IMG/VR virus record: IMGVR_UViG_3300009183_000081
Source: an uncultured virus (IMG/VR IMGVR_UViG_3300009183_000081)
Lineage: Duplodnaviria; Heunggongvirae; Uroviricota; Caudoviricetes
Direction: 5' to 3' (one strand)
DNA length: 20,000 nucleotides
Below the pieces are notes generated by a model. It was not told the DNA's origin. It saw only the letters and a list, made by a program, of their open reading frames with translations, and did not search any database. The translations under genes and the position numbers were made by a program. This document shows, in pieces, positions 15,591-20,000 of the stretch (positions within the stretch are counted from its first letter, which is position 1; each line of letters opens with the position of its first letter).

Positions 15591-17381
15591 GTGAAACCAG
15601 CCATATTTACCTATTACAACAAAGCCGTCGAGTCAGTATTCTTTGACAATATTGAATCCTTGATTAGAAATTCAGAACCGAATGCCTATTCAAAAATTAT
15701 TATCTGTACAGAAGAAGAATTACCAAAGGCAATAATCTCTAAACTTAGGAGAGTTATGCCAATTGTAAGAACTTATCCAAATAGCCTATCTCAAAATTTA
15801 TTAGATTTAGCGAAAGGCCCAATGTTTGTAAATCCTCTACTCTTGAGCGCATTTTCGCAATACGATCAAACTCTTACAGTATTTGATTCTTCAATATACG
15901 TAACCTCTGCTGTAACAAATTCAAATTTTCAAAACTGGTTCTATCAATCACATCATGGCAAGATAAGTCATCAACTGTTTAAGATAACGCCGACTATCCA
16001 ATTGTATCAGAGTGCGCGTGCATTTATGAGCTCAATGAAGCCAAGCGATCCAGACAGCCTAAACGTATTTAGTTACTTTATTATAAACTGTCAATTACTG
16101 GCAACCAAGCATATTGTACCAGAAAAGTTAATTTTTTCAAATCCAAAACCGGAAGATGTAATTAAATTGAATAGGCTCGTTGCAATTTCAACAATAAATC
16201 CAGTAGCCTCTCCGGAAAGGATTCGCGAAATCATAAAGACCCGTGCGGACCTATTGAGTTCACAAAAGCCTAGGCTTCTCTCAGCAATAATTTCAAAATT
16301 TTATAACTACATTGATCAACTGTCTTCGCCTGACGAGTTTGAAGATGATGGCAAAACTTACATGCCTAGCACGCTAATCGTTGAAGTTCCGACAAATGAT
16401 CCAACTTCTGCTGGCATTTCTCGAATGTTAAGGCTTGCAGTTGAACTACCTCATTCAAATACAACAGCAGGCGGAATAACTGAGACTCTAAAACTTGCAA
16501 AGAAAATTCCAACTTCACCTCTAATCAGATTTCAAAGAATTACTGGAAGTTATCCTATCGACCTTGACCTACACTGGACAGTCGGTCTGCCGGATAACAC
16601 TTTTCCAGAATGTGATGCCTGCATAACATATTCAGATAATCCATACCTAAATCAGCTAGTTAGTTTACCTCAAGTTGATAAAGTTATTCTGTACATGTTA
16701 TCATACGGCATGGCAATCGATCGAGAACGCGCAAACGTTTTAAATCCAGACGTAATAGTCACATGTTCAACCAAAAAACTTGAAGAAGCAATTGCAAAAG
16801 AAGGAGTAAAAGTTCATAGAATCGGATTTGGTTTAGATATGGATCACATGTATGTCGACCCAAAAATTAAACGCAATAAGTATTTAGCTCTACTCTATCA
16901 CCCATCATTGGCTAAACGATATGATTTAGGTGTAAAAATTGCAAACGCACTCTATTCAAACGGAACGATTGATGGAGTAATAACAGTCGGTTCATCAGTT
17001 AATTACGACATGCACAAGCATCCAATTGGACTCGTTAAACATTATCCGAATGCAAAACCAGCAGAGGTTAGAGCAGTTTTTAATCAAACTCAATGTTTTT
17101 TAATGCCATCAATTACTGAGGGTCTAAATCTTACACCAATTGAATCTACTCTATGTGGATGCCCAGCAATTATTTGTGACGGCGCAATCAATGAAATATT
17201 TTATGAATCTCAAAACTGTAAAATTGCAAGAATTGATAATGAATCACAAATGATTAATTTAGCAACTGATATTATTCAAAATTTCGATTTGTACTCTGAA
17301 AAATTCATGACCGATATGCAGGCAAGAGTTGCTGAAAATACTTGGGAAAATGTTGTTAAAAAATTAAATGAACTAATATAA
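15591..17381 (+). CDS. Glycosyltransferase, GT-B/GT4-like C-terminal part with an extra ~270-aa N-terminal domain
   Basis: TAGGITET at the start of the GT-B domain; FLMPSITEGLNLTPIESTLCGCPAI is the GT4 E-x7-E motif; W..V near the C-terminus. GTG start. Confidence 0.8.
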   Translation: MKPAIFTYYNKAVESVFFDNIESLIRNSEPNAYSKIIICTEEELPKAIISKLRRVMPIVRTYPNSLSQNLLDLAKGPMFVNPLLLSAFSQYDQTLTVFDSSIYVTSAVTNSNFQNWFYQSHHGKISHQLFKITPTIQLYQSARAFMSSMKPSDPDSLNVFSYFIINCQLLATKHIVPEKLIFSNPKPEDVIKLNRLVAISTINPVASPERIREIIKTRADLLSSQKPRLLSAIISKFYNYIDQLSSPDEFEDDGKTYMPSTLIVEVPTNDPTSAGISRMLRLAVELPHSNTTAGGITETLKLAKKIPTSPLIRFQRITGSYPIDLDLHWTVGLPDNTFPECDACITYSDNPYLNQLVSLPQVDKVILYMLSYGMAIDRERANVLNPDVIVTCSTKKLEEAIAKEGVKVHRIGFGLDMDHMYVDPKIKRNKYLALLYHPSLAKRYDLGVKIANALYSNGTIDGVITVGSSVNYDMHKHPIGLVKHYPNAKPAEVRAVFNQTQCFLMPSITEGLNLTPIESTLCGCPAIICDGAINEIFYESQNCKIARIDNESQMINLATDIIQNFDLYSEKFMTDMQARVAENTWENVVKKLNELI

Positions 17382-18136
17382 TGACCAACGTAATAATTAT
17401 CCCAGTTCACAATCAAGTATTTCACCTAAAGGCTTGTATTGAAAGTATTAAGAAACATACAAAGAATTATTCTCTAATAATAGTCGACGACGGCTCAACT
17501 GATTATGAGACGGTTAAATGGATCGATGATTTACCTGATAAGATATTGATTCGTCATACTAAAGCAATGGGATTCTCTAAAGCATGTAATGACGGAATCG
17601 ACTATGCTATAAAATATCTAGACTTTAACATTTTATGTTTGCTAAATAGCGATACCGTAATTGTTACGCCAGACTGGTTAGATAAAATGGAGACAGAATT
17701 CAGTAAATTTGATAAGCCTGGGGTTGCAAGTGTTGTTAGCGATAATGCAACAACTCAAACAATACACAATCCTGCGAAATATTTAACTCAAATCGATACT
17801 AAACCGACCTTTAAGTCCCAACTAATTCATGGATTCTGTTATTTCATGAGCCGCGAAGTCATCTTAACTCTCGGCAGATTTGATGGAGACCTATTTCCAC
17901 ATTACGGCAGTGAAGACGATTATTCGTTAAAATGTATAAGAAACGGGTTCACAAATTTCGTAGTCGGCAGCATCTTTATTAAACACAATGCTTCGACTAG
18001 CTATTCAGCGGAACGCCGAGAAGCCTTAATTGCAAAAAGCGTGCCGGCTCTATTAACCAGATGGACTCGGCAGTACGTTAGCGAATGCATAAACAGAAGT
18101 CTTCACATTCAAAAAATGCTAAACGAAAATGTATGA
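17381..18136 (+). CDS. Glycosyltransferase family 2
   Basis: VIIIPVHN, IIVDDGSTD, GFSKACNDG, LLNSD, GRFD...YGSEDDY. Confidence 0.92.
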   Translation: MTNVIIIPVHNQVFHLKACIESIKKHTKNYSLIIVDDGSTDYETVKWIDDLPDKILIRHTKAMGFSKACNDGIDYAIKYLDFNILCLLNSDTVIVTPDWLDKMETEFSKFDKPGVASVVSDNATTQTIHNPAKYLTQIDTKPTFKSQLIHGFCYFMSREVILTLGRFDGDLFPHYGSEDDYSLKCIRNGFTNFVVGSIFIKHNASTSYSAERREALIAKSVPALLTRWTRQYVSECINRSLHIQKMLNENV

Positions 18137-18782
18137 TATAAATCACATATCCATGCAAGAATGGGCAGACCTAGTTAAAGAATATGCCAACTTTGAACCT
18201 CAATCAATCATGGATATTGGGGCAATGGATGGAGCGGATACTGAAACTCTAGAATCAAATTTTAAAACAGGTAACGTTTACATAATTGAACCTCACCCAG
18301 TTCTCTATTCACGAATTTGCAAAAATCGGCCAGAGTTCAAGAGCTTTAATTTTGCAGCGTCCAACCAAACCTCTGAACTCGAATTCAATACTATCAATAT
18401 TGAAAATTCAAACTTGGGGATCTCTTCATTATATGAAAGAGTTGACGATTTAAGTTGGGCCTTGCCTAGTCAATTTGACAAGACCTCAGTAAAGTCAATG
18501 CGAATGGACGAATTTATGGAGTCTCAACAGATTGATACAATTGATCTACTTAAAATAGATGTTGAAGGACACAGCTTTGAAGTATTAAAAGGATTTGGCG
18601 AACGTCTTAAATCAATCAAATGTATTCACATAGAAAATGAACATACTGAGGTCTGGAAAAATCAAAAACTATATCCAGAAGTAGAACCTATTCTGGTAAA
18701 TAATGGATTCGTAATGCTCTCAATTAAAGTCGGATGGCCTCAAACTGACTCAATCTGGATTCAAAAAAACTGTTTAAAATAA
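18129..18782 (+). CDS. FkbM-family SAM-dependent methyltransferase
   Basis: IMDIGAMDG, IEPHP, IDLLKIDVEGHSFEVLKG. Confidence 0.92.
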   Translation: MYDINHISMQEWADLVKEYANFEPQSIMDIGAMDGADTETLESNFKTGNVYIIEPHPVLYSRICKNRPEFKSFNFAASNQTSELEFNTINIENSNLGISSLYERVDDLSWALPSQFDKTSVKSMRMDEFMESQQIDTIDLLKIDVEGHSFEVLKGFGERLKSIKCIHIENEHTEVWKNQKLYPEVEPILVNNGFVMLSIKVGWPQTDSIWIQKNCLK

Positions 18783-18791
18783 TAATTTAAT

Positions 18792-19481
18792 ATGATTAAC
18801 ATGACCTACATTTACGATGAGTTTATGCACAAACTAAAAACTCAAGAAAATTTTTCTCTTGTGAGATACGGAGACGGCGAATGGGCTGTAGCTTTAAGAA
18901 AGGAGCCAACATATTCCATAATTTTAAGAAGGTTTGAAAAGGTAGACGGCCTAATCAGATCAGGAGATACAATGCTTGACATTATAAAGTCTGGTCCCAA
19001 GTATTATTTTGGTCTTCAAAATCTTGCGCTAAGCCTTTGGCCTGAAGATATCGAAAGCGCTATTCCAGATGGGGTCAATGTGATAAATGCAGATATGCTA
19101 CACAGACTATCTGAAATGGGTTCTCTTGGAGACTTCTTTGATGTTTTAAAAACTCGAGAGCTTATCCTATTGGGGCCAGAATACCTTAAGAACCTAAATT
19201 TCTTAACCTTTGATCACGTTATTTCGCCTGATCCAAATTCTTGGGATTATTGCGATGAGCTGCAGGCTCAAATTGAAGAAAAACTTGCAGGTAAAACTAA
19301 TCCAGTAATTCTCTATTCGGCAAGCATTGCTGCTAAAATAATTATCGACCGTATGTACAATAAGTATGGCGAAACGATAACTCAAATTGATACAGGTTCT
19401 CTATTGGATCCTTACGCTGGGGTCCATACTCGAGAATACCATAAAACTGTATTGGAAAGACTTGCTTCACAGAAAAACTAA
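18792..19481 (+). CDS. GT-D fold / DUF1792-like glycosyltransferase
   Basis: FSLVRYGDGE, ILLGP, AKII and QIDTGSLLD match DUF1792/GT-D motifs (RFGDGE ... IDIG). Confidence 0.7.
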   Translation: MINMTYIYDEFMHKLKTQENFSLVRYGDGEWAVALRKEPTYSIILRRFEKVDGLIRSGDTMLDIIKSGPKYYFGLQNLALSLWPEDIESAIPDGVNVINADMLHRLSEMGSLGDFFDVLKTRELILLGPEYLKNLNFLTFDHVISPDPNSWDYCDELQAQIEEKLAGKTNPVILYSASIAAKIIIDRMYNKYGETITQIDTGSLLDPYAGVHTREYHKTVLERLASQKN

Positions 19482-19482
19482 G

Positions 19483-20000
19483 ATGAAATTAGCTGCAGGA
19501 TATGTCGTATTTGACGGATTGGAGACTCTTAGGGCGTCCCTAGCGTCAGTCAGAAATCAGGTCAATATAATTATTGTCTCATACCAACGGGTTTCCTGGG
19601 GAGGAACTATGGCGAAACCTGAGCTGATCCCAACTCTCAATGAATTAAAAAAAGAAGGGCTAATTGATCATATTATTGAGTTCACGCAGTTTAGACCAAG
19701 TAATCTAAAAACGCCAGACTCTGTAATTCAGGCCAAATCATTTGAGCTCAATAAGAGACAGAGTTGCCTTGATCTCGCACGTAGTCTTGGAGCAACACAT
19801 TATCTTTCAATGGATGCTGACGAATGCTATCGAGATTCTGAATTTGCATGGGCAAAGGCTGAGATTGAGACTCACTCACTTGATGCAACTGCTCTACACT
19901 ATATTAACTACGTTACTCCAACTCTGCACAGAGGTCATTCGCGCTGGAAAATTCCATTCATCTATCGAGTTACTCCAACTTGTAGACATCATACTCTACA
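19483..20000 (+). CDS. GT-A fold glycosyltransferase-like protein (partial, runs off the window)
   Basis: Manual translation from ATG 19483: MKLAAGYVVFDGLETLRASLASVRNQV...KRQSCLDLARSLGATHYLSMDADECY, open to the edge, with a DxD motif. Absent from the ORF track. Confidence 0.75.
   Translation, partial: MKLAAGYVVFDGLETLRASLASVRNQVNIIIVSYQRVSWGGTMAKPELIPTLNELKKEGLIDHIIEFTQFRPSNLKTPDSVIQAKSFELNKRQSCLDLARSLGATHYLSMDADECYRDSEFAWAKAEIETHSLDATALHYINYVTPTLHRGHSRWKIPFIYRVTPTCRHHTL

Noticed and set aside
114..19385. Short antisense or alternate-frame ORFs in the track (e.g. 114-323, 947-1171, 3678-3929, 4320-4646, 6342-6635, 8909-9187, 10429-10701, 10714-10971, 11875-12150)
   Set aside because: They overlap well-supported genes or a terminator and have no motifs; they are shadow ORFs.
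1..20000. Stop-codon reassignment: no called gene ends in TAG (nearly all TAA, two TGA)
   Set aside because: All conserved genes are full length in the standard code with no in-frame TAG or TGA, so there is no positive evidence of recoding. TAA bias is expected in AT-rich DNA.

Overview
AT-rich, gene-dense DNA from a large T4-like (probably jumbo) myophage, read in the standard code, with three transcription blocks. (1) + strand 1-7663, replication/recombination/nucleotide metabolism: DnaB/gp41 helicase, an Mre11/Rad50 (gp47/gp46) pair with a degenerate SET-domain gene between them, a ThyA-superfamily enzyme with the dCMP-type Asp, and dCMP deaminase. (2) - strand 15503-7699, morphogenesis: J-domain co-chaperone, gp21-type prohead protease fused to a repeat-rich scaffold, gp23-type major capsid protein, several probable internal head proteins, and a gp19-type tail tube. 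T4-late-like ATAAATAA boxes and two intrinsic terminators lie in this block. (3) + strand 15591-end, a glycan cluster: GT4-like, GT2, FkbM methyltransferase, GT-D/DUF1792-like, and a partial GT-A enzyme. Most notable are a probable nested scaffold gene with its own late promoter inside the protease gene, T4 capsid-targeting-like motifs in unknown proteins, a SET/SHOCT-like gene inside the Mre11-Rad50 operon, and a dCMP (hydroxy)methylase coupled to a deaminase. All assignments come from motif recognition by eye; no database searches were run.
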